57,906 bases of DNA from Bryobacterales bacterium (GTDB lineage Bacteria; Acidobacteriota; Terriglobia; Bryobacterales; Bryobacteraceae), in assembly GCA_003167275.1 (NCBI GenBank), contig PMTT01000542.1, forward strand, positions 1 through 57,906, read 5' to 3'. Of this stretch, positions 1 through 8,391 are shown piece by piece. The notes beneath the pieces are model-generated. The model was given only the letters and a program-made list of their open reading frames with translations. It had not been told where the DNA came from and ran no database searches. A program made the position numbers and the translations under genes. The first letter of the stretch is position 1. Every line of letters begins with the position of its first letter.

Positions 1-122
1 ATGCTTTAGCTTGCCCAGTCATCAAGGCTGGGCAAGATGAAGGATGCCCCACCATACACCGACACGGTACGTGGGGTATGCTTTAGCTTGCCAAGACTTG
101 ATGACTGGGCAAGCTAAAGCAT
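1..122. repeat. REP-like palindromic element (window starts inside it)
   Basis: 1-26 (atgctttagcttgcccagtcatcaag) is the exact reverse complement of 97-122. 78-92 pairs perfectly with 108-122 (15-bp stem, 15-nt loop). It lies just 3' of the stop of the 131-679 (-) gene. The 19-mer gggtatgctttagcttgcc at 74-92 recurs at 56488-56506. Confidence 0.7.
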
Positions 123-130
123 GCCCCACG

Positions 131-679
131 TTACCGGAGCGGCAGAATCACCGTCGCTTGCTGCCGGTTCATGGGGCCCAGCAACGCCACCTTCTCGTCC
201 CGCAGTTCCAGTTGGATGGTGCCGCTCTTCCCTGAGTAGGTCAACGTCCTTCCACTCGAAGCGCCGAACACTTCTAGGGCAGGCGGACCAAACCGGCGGA
301 TCAGTTCTTCGCTGTCCATGCCTGCCCGTATGCCTTTGGGATCCTCGTAGATCCGGGCCGGCACGGCAGGTGTCGGAGCGGGAGTCCACACGATGATCTG
401 CTCCACCGGGGCCGTCGGGTCCGTTCCCGTCCCGCGCGACGCTCCGGGAGATCCGCTATCGGCAGCCTCCTGCCCTGTCTTCATCACCTTGTCAAGGCTG
501 CCCACGATGCCGCCAATGGCTTTTCTCGTGCGCGCAGCGGGCGCCTTAGTGGTGGTGGCGCGGCTCGCTCCGAGCGCAGACTCCAGTATCACCTGACCTG
601 CGAGAATACCCTCCAACCCGAAGAGCATCGAGAATAGTACCCAGACCCGTCGTGAACGTATCATCTTTACGGCCCTCAA
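131..679 (-). CDS. hypothetical secreted or membrane-anchored protein
   Basis: 182-aa ORF with an N-terminal hydrophobic helix (VWVLFSMLFGLEGILAG) and non-biased composition. No domain recognised. Confidence 0.55.
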   Translation of the reverse strand: MRAVKMIRSRRVWVLFSMLFGLEGILAGQVILESALGASRATTTKAPAARTRKAIGGIVGSLDKVMKTGQEAADSGSPGASRGTGTDPTAPVEQIIVWTPAPTPAVPARIYEDPKGIRAGMDSEELIRRFGPPALEVFGASSGRTLTYSGKSGTIQLELRDEKVALLGPMNRQQATVILPLR

Positions 680-862
680 AAACGAGTCTCGCAGCCCGCC
701 CTAAGCAAAGAAATACTGTACAAGGTTATCTCGCCTGCGTTAGCCGGGTCCTCGGCCTCGCCGGAGCCGGGCGGGCACCCACTCGCAACCCTAGTCCGCA
801 AAAAAGGGAACCGTAGTTCCGGAATCTCCGGTCCTTGATTGAAACTAAAGGAGTTAAAAGGA

Positions 863-890
863 GCAAACCGGAACTATCCTTCCGGTTTGC
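863..890. other. perfect stem-loop (11-bp stem GCAAACCGGAA, 6-nt loop)
   Basis: gcaaaccggaa-ctatcc-ttccggtttgc read directly in the intergenic region. No U-tract follows, so the function is unknown. Confidence 0.5.
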
Positions 891-1144
891 CTGCTAAGAC
901 GGCACTCGCCGCATGACGCCCGACCGGGCGATTTCGAACAGTCCCGCGTCCCGCCAACGCCTACCGCCGGAAACGCTCCCTGGGGGTCCAACGTCCAGAC
1001 TTACAGCGTTACTTCCAGGACAGCGGGCGTGTGTTTGCGTTCGACCGCGCGCCGCTCTGCCTGTGGTCGGCGCCATGCGCCGCCAGACGCTACGACGCGG
1101 CCCGTCGCCGCGGGCGGAACGGAGCAGAGGCAGTGCTACAGGAG

Positions 1145-2881
1145 ATGAGTCCAGCGGCGGTCCCAGCGTTCTTTTGGAAGGTTGATGGGGTAGGTGTCAG
1201 TGTGGCCGTCTCCGCGACCGTGCTCGCCGGGCTCCGCGCCAGCCTCGATCAAGCACCGGCGGACACGGAGTTCGGCGGCATCCTGCTGGGTAGCTTTGCC
1301 CCCGATGGAGATGGATACCGCACGCAGGTGGACGCTTTCGAAGCCTTCCCGATTGAACACCGCCACGGCCAGAACTACAGACTGTCGGCTCGCGACCACC
1401 GCTTCCTGGAGCAACGCCTCAAACGCCTGCGCCGCAAGGGTTTTCGGCCGGTGGGCTTCTGCCGCAGCCACAACCGTCGCGGTCTGTACCTCGACCAGCG
1501 GGATTTCGACCTCTTTCGAACGGACTTCCGCCATCCCGCAACCATTTTCCTCCTGGTGCGGGGCCAGGACGCCACTAACGCCAAAGGAGCCGTCTTCGTC
1601 TGGGAGGAAGACGACATCCGGCGGCATGCCAGCTACCTGGAGTTTCCGCTGCCGGAGCCGCTCACAACGCCATCTCCGGAGCGGGCACACGTCGCGCCGT
1701 CACTGGCATCGCAATCCCAGGAGCTAGCCCATGCCGGTCTGGCGTGGGCCTTGAAAGCCGGGGCAGACGTCGCCGACATCGCCCGGCGCGCGGCGAGTGG
1801 GTTGACCGACTTCGCCAGAGCTGGGGCCAGTGGTCTTCCGTACCGCGCACGAACTGGACCCAATACTGCTCATTTGGCAGCCAATGTGGGGCAGGTTGTC
1901 AACCTGCGGCCGATTGTTAATCGGCCTGCTGACGCGGTGCGTGCCCTCGCACCCAAGCCGGACACTGGACCAGCCATTGCCGCTCGGCTCGCCCAAGGTA
2001 GGGCAAGTGGTGCCGCCGCCGTCGCCCGCTTGCGGGCATTTCCTTCCTTCCCTCCCGCCACGCCGGCCAAGGTGCTGGTGACCATCGCGTTGCCTCTCAT
2101 CTCGTTCTATACCGCCCGCGAGATCGCCCTTCAGCGCGCCCGCGGGCCCGAGGCCGACCAGGTCCGCCCCGCCCCCCAACCCGTCCGCCTTGCGATACCT
2201 CAGATCGATCGCGATGTAGCGTCAGCCCCAGTTCCCGCTCAGGAGGCAAAGCCGCTTCCCTTTCCCGACACATCGCCATCCGTAACCCCAGCCGGGCAGA
2301 CGATTCCCGGTCCGCCAGTTAAAGCAAGGCGCACCCCCATCTCGAATTCCCGGGACCGCCGCGATTCCGATTCCGAGAGCTCGTCGGCGGCCAAGCGCCC
2401 AAGCGCCCCACCCACGCGCATCGCGCCCGCGCTTCTTGACCCGCCGCCCGTGCTGCTGGCGCGCCCCCTACCCGCCCTTCCGCGAGTGGTCGCCTCCCCT
2501 CCCGTTGCCGACAGGCCGGAGGCCGTGGTCGCATACTTCAAACCGGCGCAACCCTCTTCGATCCGGCAAGCGTTCCAGAAAGTGTTCACCGGCCACAGCG
2601 CGGGCGATGGATTTGTGGCGGCAAGCCCCGTCGAACAACCGCTCCCCTCTCTGCCGCCGGACGCGGTACCGTTGGAGGAAGGAGCCAGTGTGGAGATGCA
2701 GGCTAAAGTCGACCGGCTCGGGAACGTCGTGAACGTCAAAGTCGTGGAAGGCAATCGTCAACTGGCCGACGCTTCGGCCGACGCCCTCTTCCGTTGGCGA
2801 TTCGACCCGGCGCGGCGCAACGGCGCCCCGGTCGAGAGCGCCATGCGAATCCGCTTCGAGTTTCGCAACCCATCCAGGTGA
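1145..2881 (+). CDS. membrane-anchored protein with an N-terminal MPN/JAB-like domain (degenerate JAMM motif), a Pro-rich linker and a C-terminal TonB domain
   Basis: ORF 1031-2881; ATG 1145 fits the alignment with the downstream paralog. N-terminal motifs are EFGGILLGS and GFCRSHNRRGLYLDQRDFDLF (MPN-like, but RSH replaces HxH). A hydrophobic segment is VLVTIALPLISFY. The C-terminus VEMQAKVDRLGNVVNVKVVEG...FRWRFDPARRNGAPVES is TonB_C-like. Confidence 0.7.
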   Translation: MSPAAVPAFFWKVDGVGVSVAVSATVLAGLRASLDQAPADTEFGGILLGSFAPDGDGYRTQVDAFEAFPIEHRHGQNYRLSARDHRFLEQRLKRLRRKGFRPVGFCRSHNRRGLYLDQRDFDLFRTDFRHPATIFLLVRGQDATNAKGAVFVWEEDDIRRHASYLEFPLPEPLTTPSPERAHVAPSLASQSQELAHAGLAWALKAGADVADIARRAASGLTDFARAGASGLPYRARTGPNTAHLAANVGQVVNLRPIVNRPADAVRALAPKPDTGPAIAARLAQGRASGAAAVARLRAFPSFPPATPAKVLVTIALPLISFYTAREIALQRARGPEADQVRPAPQPVRLAIPQIDRDVASAPVPAQEAKPLPFPDTSPSVTPAGQTIPGPPVKARRTPISNSRDRRDSDSESSSAAKRPSAPPTRIAPALLDPPPVLLARPLPALPRVVASPPVADRPEAVVAYFKPAQPSSIRQAFQKVFTGHSAGDGFVAASPVEQPLPSLPPDAVPLEEGASVEMQAKVDRLGNVVNVKVVEGNRQLADASADALFRWRFDPARRNGAPVESAMRIRFEFRNPSR

Positions 2882-2893
2882 CCAGGATTCCAT

Positions 2894-3907
2894 TTGAAAG
2901 AAGCCATGTCAGACTCTTCGCCGGCCGTGCCCCAACCGCAAGTTCCGATAGCGCCTATCGTGAGCTTCGAGAGCCGCGTGACCAGCGGTATTTCGCTGGA
3001 GGTCCTCACCGCGTTTCATCGAGTGCCGTCCCAGGGTAACGAGGCCGGCGGCATCCTCCTGGGAGACCGCTCCGGCGATCCGATCCTGGTGGCGGACTTC
3101 GAGCCGGTACTCTGCGACCATCGACTGGGCCCCTCCTACGCACTCTCCGATGAGGACCTCAAAGGTCTGGAAGAGTCCGTCGAGTGGTTTCGTGCTTCTG
3201 GGGCGGACGACCTTCAGATATTGGGCTTCTACCGCAGCCACGTCCGAGCGGACTCTTCCATCGACGAGCGCGACCACGAATTGATGCGCCGCTTCTTTGC
3301 CGAACCCGGATCGCTGTTCCTTTTGTTGAAGCCCGTTCGGGAAGAGATCATCACCGCGGAACTCTTCGTGTGGTCCGATGGGCGCCTGCATGCCGCCGGA
3401 CACCCCATGCTGTTCCCAAGCACCACGGGCATCCTTGCCAGTTCCGAGGAATGCGTGCCCCCCAGGAGGAGCCATCGAAGTCAGATGCGGTCTCCGGCGA
3501 TTCAGTGGGGCGGGCTCCCTGGCCCGCGGCCGACCCCCTGGTCGGCCTGCTCGAACAACCAGAGAGCCGGATCAGGGGGTCCGGCGCGGACGAGGGCGTC
3601 CGCCCCACTTCCGCCTCCCACTCCCCAGTGGGGCAGGATTCCATCCTGCAGGCCGATTTGCAATCGGCCCCCTTGGCCCCTGCCGTTCTTCCGGCGGGCA
3701 GCGACGTTCCAGAGCCTGCGGATTCAGGTTCCGGCCAAACCGACACAGGCAAGAATGGCTGTGCCACAAACGACCCTGCCGCGGACTCCGTCGCCAGCGC
3801 TGCGGAACCAAGCGCCGATGCCGCAGTTCCACGCCCCCTGCTGCCGCCGTCCCGTCCCCGGCGCGTGGAAACACAGGAAATCCCTAGCCGGAACTGGACT
3901 TGGGTAG
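2894..3907 (+). CDS. MPN/JAB-like domain protein (paralog of the 1145-2881 N-terminus); only ~2894-3463 looks genuinely coding
   Basis: Motifs EAGGILLGD and GFYRSHVRADSSIDERDHELM parallel the upstream gene. After ~3465 the translation becomes Arg/Pro/Cys-rich, typical of an out-of-frame read, while frame 1 reads like protein. Confidence 0.6.
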   Translation: MKEAMSDSSPAVPQPQVPIAPIVSFESRVTSGISLEVLTAFHRVPSQGNEAGGILLGDRSGDPILVADFEPVLCDHRLGPSYALSDEDLKGLEESVEWFRASGADDLQILGFYRSHVRADSSIDERDHELMRRFFAEPGSLFLLLKPVREEIITAELFVWSDGRLHAAGHPMLFPSTTGILASSEECVPPRRSHRSQMRSPAIQWGGLPGPRPTPWSACSNNQRAGSGGPARTRASAPLPPPTPQWGRIPSCRPICNRPPWPLPFFRRAATFQSLRIQVPAKPTQARMAVPQTTLPRTPSPALRNQAPMPQFHAPCCRRPVPGAWKHRKSLAGTGLG

Positions 3908-4503
3908 CCGCGGTGGCGGCTCTGACCATTGCGGCAGCAGTCCTGGGCTACCGGTCCGTGGGTTCGACGAGCGCCCCGACGGCTCCAGTGGCTGTCCCCA
4001 GCACTCCCGCCGTGCCGCCAACGCCTGTGTCGGACCCGATCCCCCCGCCCGCCCCCGCACCGGCCACCCCGACCGCCGCGGACCTTGCCATTCCACCGGC
4101 AGTCTCGCCGGAGACGGAACGGGGCATCCGCAACGCGATCGCGCAATGGGAACGCGCGGCCCGCTCCGGAGATCCCAACCTGATTGCGGCTTGCTATGCT
4201 TCCCAACTCGACCGGTATTTCAACCGGCAGAACCCGTCCAACGACGAGGTTCGCCGTGCCGCGGTTCAATCGGTGGCACGCTACGGTAAGACCGCAATCC
4301 TGCGGATCTCCGACCTGACCCTGACTCCCGTGTCCGAAGACCGCGCGGTCGCCTCCTTCCGCAAGCACTGGCAGACCAGCGGCCCCCGGATCTTCGCGCG
4401 CGAAGAGCAGGAGCGACTGATCTTCGTCAAGAGTGAAGACGCCTGGAAGATCGCCTCCGAAGAAGAAACCAAGGTCTACTGGACACACCGCCCGCGCGGA
4501 TAG
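3451..4503 (+). CDS. acidic/Pro-rich linker + TM helix + C-terminal NTF2/SnoaL-like (DUF4440-like) domain; possibly the continuation of the 2894 gene across a frameshift
   Basis: From MRAPQEEPSKSD, frame 1 has plausible composition. The TM helix is WTWVAAVAALTIAAAVLGY. The C-terminus IRNAIAQWERAARSGDPNLIAACYASQLDRYF...WKIASEE looks NTF2-like. A C6 run at 3458-3463 sits at the frame junction. Confidence 0.6.
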   Translation: MRAPQEEPSKSDAVSGDSVGRAPWPAADPLVGLLEQPESRIRGSGADEGVRPTSASHSPVGQDSILQADLQSAPLAPAVLPAGSDVPEPADSGSGQTDTGKNGCATNDPAADSVASAAEPSADAAVPRPLLPPSRPRRVETQEIPSRNWTWVAAVAALTIAAAVLGYRSVGSTSAPTAPVAVPSTPAVPPTPVSDPIPPPAPAPATPTAADLAIPPAVSPETERGIRNAIAQWERAARSGDPNLIAACYASQLDRYFNRQNPSNDEVRRAAVQSVARYGKTAILRISDLTLTPVSEDRAVASFRKHWQTSGPRIFAREEQERLIFVKSEDAWKIASEEETKVYWTHRPRG

Positions 4504-4597
4504 GGGCTCTCGCGGGGCTGCCCCCACCGGTCGATTCGCGGTCTCGCGCTCTCGAAAATCCGCGAAACCTGGTACCCGCCGACTCGTCTATTCCCCC

Positions 4598-4690
4598 ATG
4601 CCCAATTGGCTCCGAGACCTCTCCCAGGACCTCCTGTATGCCGCCCGCCTGTTGCGGAAATCACGCGGTTTCGTAGCCACGGCAGTTCCA
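4598..4690 (+). pseudogene. N-terminal fragment of a MacB/FtsX-type (ADOP-like) ABC permease
   Basis: MPNWLRDLSQDLLYAARLLRKSRGFVATAV matches the stereotyped N-terminus of these permeases (..DLRYA.R.L.K.PGF...AV). Similarity stops abruptly at ~4690. Confidence 0.5.
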
Positions 4691-4691
4691 T

Positions 4692-4900
4692 CCGGCGAAG
4701 AGCCGAATTTGCGCCTCCACAAACCTCCGCCGAGAATTGCGCCCGGCGCCCGGCCCACCTGGCCCACCTGATCGTCATCGGGGCGGAATGTGCGACCGAG
4801 AATGGGCTCGACGCCGAGGGTGGAAAAGAAGCCCGCGGAAATCGTGTTTCATGCCGATCCTTGCGCGGAGGACCGGGAACACTCGTGCCCATTTACGGAG
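4692..4900 (-). pseudogene. MacB periplasmic-core-domain fragment of an ADOP-like permease, inverted relative to the N-terminal fragment, with an in-frame stop
   Basis: The minus strand reads ...SA*NTISAGFFSTLGVEPILGRTFRPDDDQ...AILGGGLWRRKFGSSPDG, the typical V.ANFF..LGV.P.LGR.F / LW.R.FG.DP pattern, with a TGA just upstream. Confidence 0.5.
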
Positions 4901-4974
4901 TTTCGGAGTAGTCCCAAACACGTCGAGACGAATCTCGACGCGGCAGACACGAGTGTCCGCACCACGGCGAGTCA

Positions 4975-5763
4975 CTAGGCCGGCCGGTAGCGCGCCGCCA
5001 GCAAGCCAGTCGCGGTGGCGAGGTCAATGTCTGCGATCAACAATCCCTCCTGGCCGTAGGGCTGGTAGCAGAGGAGTGTCCCATCCGGACGAACGACTGC
5101 CGACGTCGTAGGAGAACCTGGGCTCGCATAATTGACGGTGGCGACATAGCAGGTGTTCTCGGCGGCGCGGCACAGGACCGCCTTCTCGTGGAAGGTATTC
5201 GCGGGATCGGCAAAGGTCGTTGGCCGGTACGAATCGGGCGACGCTTGGTGGAAGTGCGGGTGAAACACCAGGTGCGCTCCCTGCCGCGCGGCCCAGCGGA
5301 CGGTCTCCGGATACCGCCAGCCTTCGTGGCAGATCGCGATGCCGAAAGTCAGTGGGCCCGCCTGAAAGACGCGGCGGCCGGAGCCTGGTGTGTAGGTACC
5401 CTCCTCGCTGGGGTCGATCTGCACCTTATCTTGAAAGCCCGCGATGGAACCGTCCCGATCGATCACCAGGGCGGTGGCCAGAAGTGCGCCGTCCACGACG
5501 CGTTCCGTTCCCACAACGACCGTGGTGCCGGCCTTCGCTGCTGCCTCGGCGATCAGGGACCAGGCGCGTTCGAGGAACTCGGGATCGGGAGGCCGGACAG
5601 ATTTACCCATTAACCGGTAACCCGGGACGAGGCATTCCGGGAAGCAGACGATCCGTGCGCCCTGGATGCCGGCCTGCTCAGTGGCCCACACCGCCAGCGT
5701 GATGGACTCCTCTGGCGTGGCTGGGAATCTGATGTTAGCGAGTGCAATTCGAAACGCGTTCAC
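4975..5763 (-). CDS. carbon-nitrogen hydrolase (nitrilase superfamily)
   Basis: 262 aa. The catalytic-triad context is visible: CFPECLVPGY (Glu), FQDKVQI (Lys), FGIAICHEGW (Cys). Confidence 0.85.
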   Translation of the reverse strand: MNAFRIALANIRFPATPEESITLAVWATEQAGIQGARIVCFPECLVPGYRLMGKSVRPPDPEFLERAWSLIAEAAAKAGTTVVVGTERVVDGALLATALVIDRDGSIAGFQDKVQIDPSEEGTYTPGSGRRVFQAGPLTFGIAICHEGWRYPETVRWAARQGAHLVFHPHFHQASPDSYRPTTFADPANTFHEKAVLCRAAENTCYVATVNYASPGSPTTSAVVRPDGTLLCYQPYGQEGLLIADIDLATATGLLAARYRPA

Positions 5764-5853
5764 GAGGACTCCCCTCTAAAGGTTATCGCAGCCAGTTACT
5801 CACACCATCAGCGTCCAGGGCAAGAAGAAGCAACACAGGCAAGAATGCCTGTG

Positions 5854-6954
5854 CTACAAAAGTGCTTTCCGCAATACTTCCAAGTCAGTCTCGTCGTTGT
5901 AAAAATGCGGCGAAACCCGCAGCCTGCCATGCCGTGCCGACACCAGGATCCGGCGCTCCTTCAGCGATCGCGCCAGTTCGCCAGGGTCCCGGCCCGGCAG
6001 GATTGCGGTCACGATTTGCGATTGGTCCGCGTTCACCTCCGCACCCAGCCCGCACAACATCTGTCTGGCCTTCCCCGCCAGTTCCAGTACACGCGCTTCG
6101 ATCGCCGCTGGGCCCACCCGCAACATCAGGTCGATCGCGGCGCCCATTCCATAGATCGACGGGAAAGACAACATCCCGCCTTCGTACTTCTCTGCCGCTT
6201 GCGCGAAGACGGGCTCGCCATGATTCAAGCTGTCGACGGATCTCCAATCCCGATCGCTCCGCCAGCCAACCACGGTCGCCGGGAGCCGCTGCCGCAGTTC
6301 CGGATCGACATACAGGAATCCAGCGCCATTCGGCGACAGCATCCATTTATACGCATCGACACACAGCACCGAAGGCCGCACAAGCTGAATGTCGAATTGC
6401 AGAGCGCCGACGCTCTGGGTGCCGTCCACATACAGCAGCACACCGCGCTCCCGCAAGAACCGCGCGATCTCTTCGAGCGGCGGCCGGAAACCGGTCGCAT
6501 AGTTGACGGTGCTCAGGACCACGAGCCGCGTCCGCTCGTGTACCGATTGATAGAAATCTGACCACGGCACTGCCCGTAATCTGGCTCCGAAGCGCGCCAG
6601 CAGTGCCGAAACATAGAGTTGATTCGGGAATTCGTCATCGAGTGTGAGCACCTCGTCACCGGATTGCCATGGAAGCCCCAAGACCAGGGTCGCCAGTCCA
6701 ATCGACGCGTTGATCACGAATGCGATATCCGACGCCTCACAATGGACCAGCCGTGCGCACGATCCACGGATCGCATCCATGTCGTCGAACCAGGCGAGGT
6801 AATCGCCGCACGCCAATTCATCCCGCCGCGCCAGGTGACGCCTCACCCGATCCGCGGCACTCCGCGGCATCTGGCCGTAAGTAGCCGTATTCAGATAGGT
6901 CCAATTCGCCAGTGCGGGGAATTCCTCGCGCAGCGCCTTCCAGTCGGTTGTCAT
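5854..6954 (-). CDS. class V aminotransferase / cysteine-desulfurase-like PLP enzyme
   Basis: MTTDWKALREEFPALANWTYLNTATYGQMP is a typical class-V N-terminus. ATG 6954 is preceded by GAGGAG and overlaps the stop of the upstream gene. The longer ORF to 7086 is an artefactual extension. Confidence 0.8.
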   Translation of the reverse strand: MTTDWKALREEFPALANWTYLNTATYGQMPRSAADRVRRHLARRDELACGDYLAWFDDMDAIRGSCARLVHCEASDIAFVINASIGLATLVLGLPWQSGDEVLTLDDEFPNQLYVSALLARFGARLRAVPWSDFYQSVHERTRLVVLSTVNYATGFRPPLEEIARFLRERGVLLYVDGTQSVGALQFDIQLVRPSVLCVDAYKWMLSPNGAGFLYVDPELRQRLPATVVGWRSDRDWRSVDSLNHGEPVFAQAAEKYEGGMLSFPSIYGMGAAIDLMLRVGPAAIEARVLELAGKARQMLCGLGAEVNADQSQIVTAILPGRDPGELARSLKERRILVSARHGRLRVSPHFYNDETDLEVLRKALL

Positions 6955-8327
6955 CTCCTCGACTCCTCCGCGATTCTTCGTATGGCCGAAAGACTCATCT
7001 CCACATCTTCCTCCGTGGTTGCCCACGAGGAAACACTGATCCGCATGGCCGGCCGACCGTGCCATTCCGTGCCGCCGCACCAGCAAGTGCCTTCAGACTG
7101 CACTTTCGCGATTATGGCGCGGGTCACGGCCGGCTCACCGAACGATACCAGCACCTGGTTGATCACGACCTCGTTCAGGATTTCGTGGCCGGCCGCTCGC
7201 AGCCCCTCTGCGAATCGCCGGGCATGCCGGCAGGTCCGTTCGATTAATTCCGCCAGGCCCTGGCGCCCCAACGATCGCAGCGAGGCCCACAACTCCACGC
7301 CCCGTGCGCGCCGGGACATTTCCGGGGTGTAGTGGGATGGCTCGCGCAATTCTCCCGGAGTGAAGTAAGCCGCCGAGATCGCCATGGCTGCCCGCATGGC
7401 GGCCGCATTTCGCACAATCGCGATTCCGCAGTCGTAACCCACGTTGGGCCACTTGTGGCCATCGGCCGCCCATGAATCTGCCAGGTCGAATCCCGCGGTG
7501 AGGTGGCGATACTTCGGCGATGCCGCCGCCCACAGTCCAAACGCGCCGTCCACGTGGACCCACGCGCCCGCCTCGCGGGCCCGCCGGCAAATCTCCGCCG
7601 CCGGATCGAACGCGCCGCTGTTCACATTGCCCGCCTGGATGCAAACGATGGTTCGATCGTCCAGGGCCGGCATTCGATCGGCTCGCATCCTTCCCTGCTC
7701 ATCCACCGGCACCCGAATCACGCGCCGCCGGCCGAGCCCCAACAGGCCAAGCGCCTTCAACAACGAAGCGTGGGCCTCCTCACCGACCACTACAGTCAGG
7801 CGCGGCGCTCCAAACATGCCGTCGTTCTCCACGTCCCAACCGCTTCGCTCCAGCAGCGCGTGACGGGCCGCGGCAAGCCCTGTAAAATTCGCCATGGTGG
7901 CGCCTGTCACAACCGCACCGCCCGATTCCGGAGGGAGCCCCAATCGGTCGCGGACCCAACCGAGCGCCACGTCCTCCAGCGCTGCCGCGGTCGGCGACAT
8001 CACCCGCAGCGCCGCGTTCTGGTCCCAGGAACTGGCGATCCACGTCGCCGCTACCGATACCGGCAGGGCCGCTCCATTCACGAATCCAAAGAACCGCCCT
8101 CCGGCTGTTGCGACGGTGCCGGGCGATCCGATCCGGTCCAGCAGATCGATGACGCAGAACGTATCGGTCGGCGCTTCGGGCAGGGGCTCGTCGAATTGCG
8201 CCAGGTTCCGCACTGCCGACGTAGACGGCGCTACCGGACGGCTGCCCACGGTTTGCAGATACGCCAACGCCTTTCTTGCCGCGGATCCCAGGGCTTCGAT
8301 GTCGCATGCCGTGATGCTGTTTTCCAT
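6951..8327 (-). CDS. group II pyridoxal-dependent decarboxylase
   Basis: 458 aa. VVTGATMANFTGLAAAR, HVDGAFGLWAA and the PLP-lysine motif SWAADGHKWPNV are present. Confidence 0.85.
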   Translation of the reverse strand: MENSITACDIEALGSAARKALAYLQTVGSRPVAPSTSAVRNLAQFDEPLPEAPTDTFCVIDLLDRIGSPGTVATAGGRFFGFVNGAALPVSVAATWIASSWDQNAALRVMSPTAAALEDVALGWVRDRLGLPPESGGAVVTGATMANFTGLAAARHALLERSGWDVENDGMFGAPRLTVVVGEEAHASLLKALGLLGLGRRRVIRVPVDEQGRMRADRMPALDDRTIVCIQAGNVNSGAFDPAAEICRRAREAGAWVHVDGAFGLWAAASPKYRHLTAGFDLADSWAADGHKWPNVGYDCGIAIVRNAAAMRAAMAISAAYFTPGELREPSHYTPEMSRRARGVELWASLRSLGRQGLAELIERTCRHARRFAEGLRAAGHEILNEVVINQVLVSFGEPAVTRAIIAKVQSEGTCWCGGTEWHGRPAMRISVSSWATTEEDVEMSLSAIRRIAEESRR

Positions 8328-8391
8328 TTGTCTCAGTCTGCCGCAAAGTGGACTTGAAAAAAAGAGCCACTTCGATCAAAATTGGACTGCT

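Noticed and set aside
6955-7086. Upstream extension of the aminotransferase ORF
   Set aside because: It overlaps the decarboxylase 3' end. The internal ATG 6954 has a GAGGAG RBS and gives the canonical family N-terminus.
8050-8060. Additional GCTACCGAT copies inside coding regions (8050-8060 in the decarboxylase gene; 25810-25818 in the PIN-like gene)
   Set aside because: They lack the spacer plus inverted inner arm of the six full sites and lie within well-supported or plausible CDSs. I treat them as possible chance or degenerate copies, not as sites.
7894-8391. N-terminal 166 codons of the 655-aa ORF containing the MocR gene
   Set aside because: This part is antisense to the decarboxylase gene and is Ser/Arg/Ala-rich. 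The GntR HTH starts right after ATG 8392.
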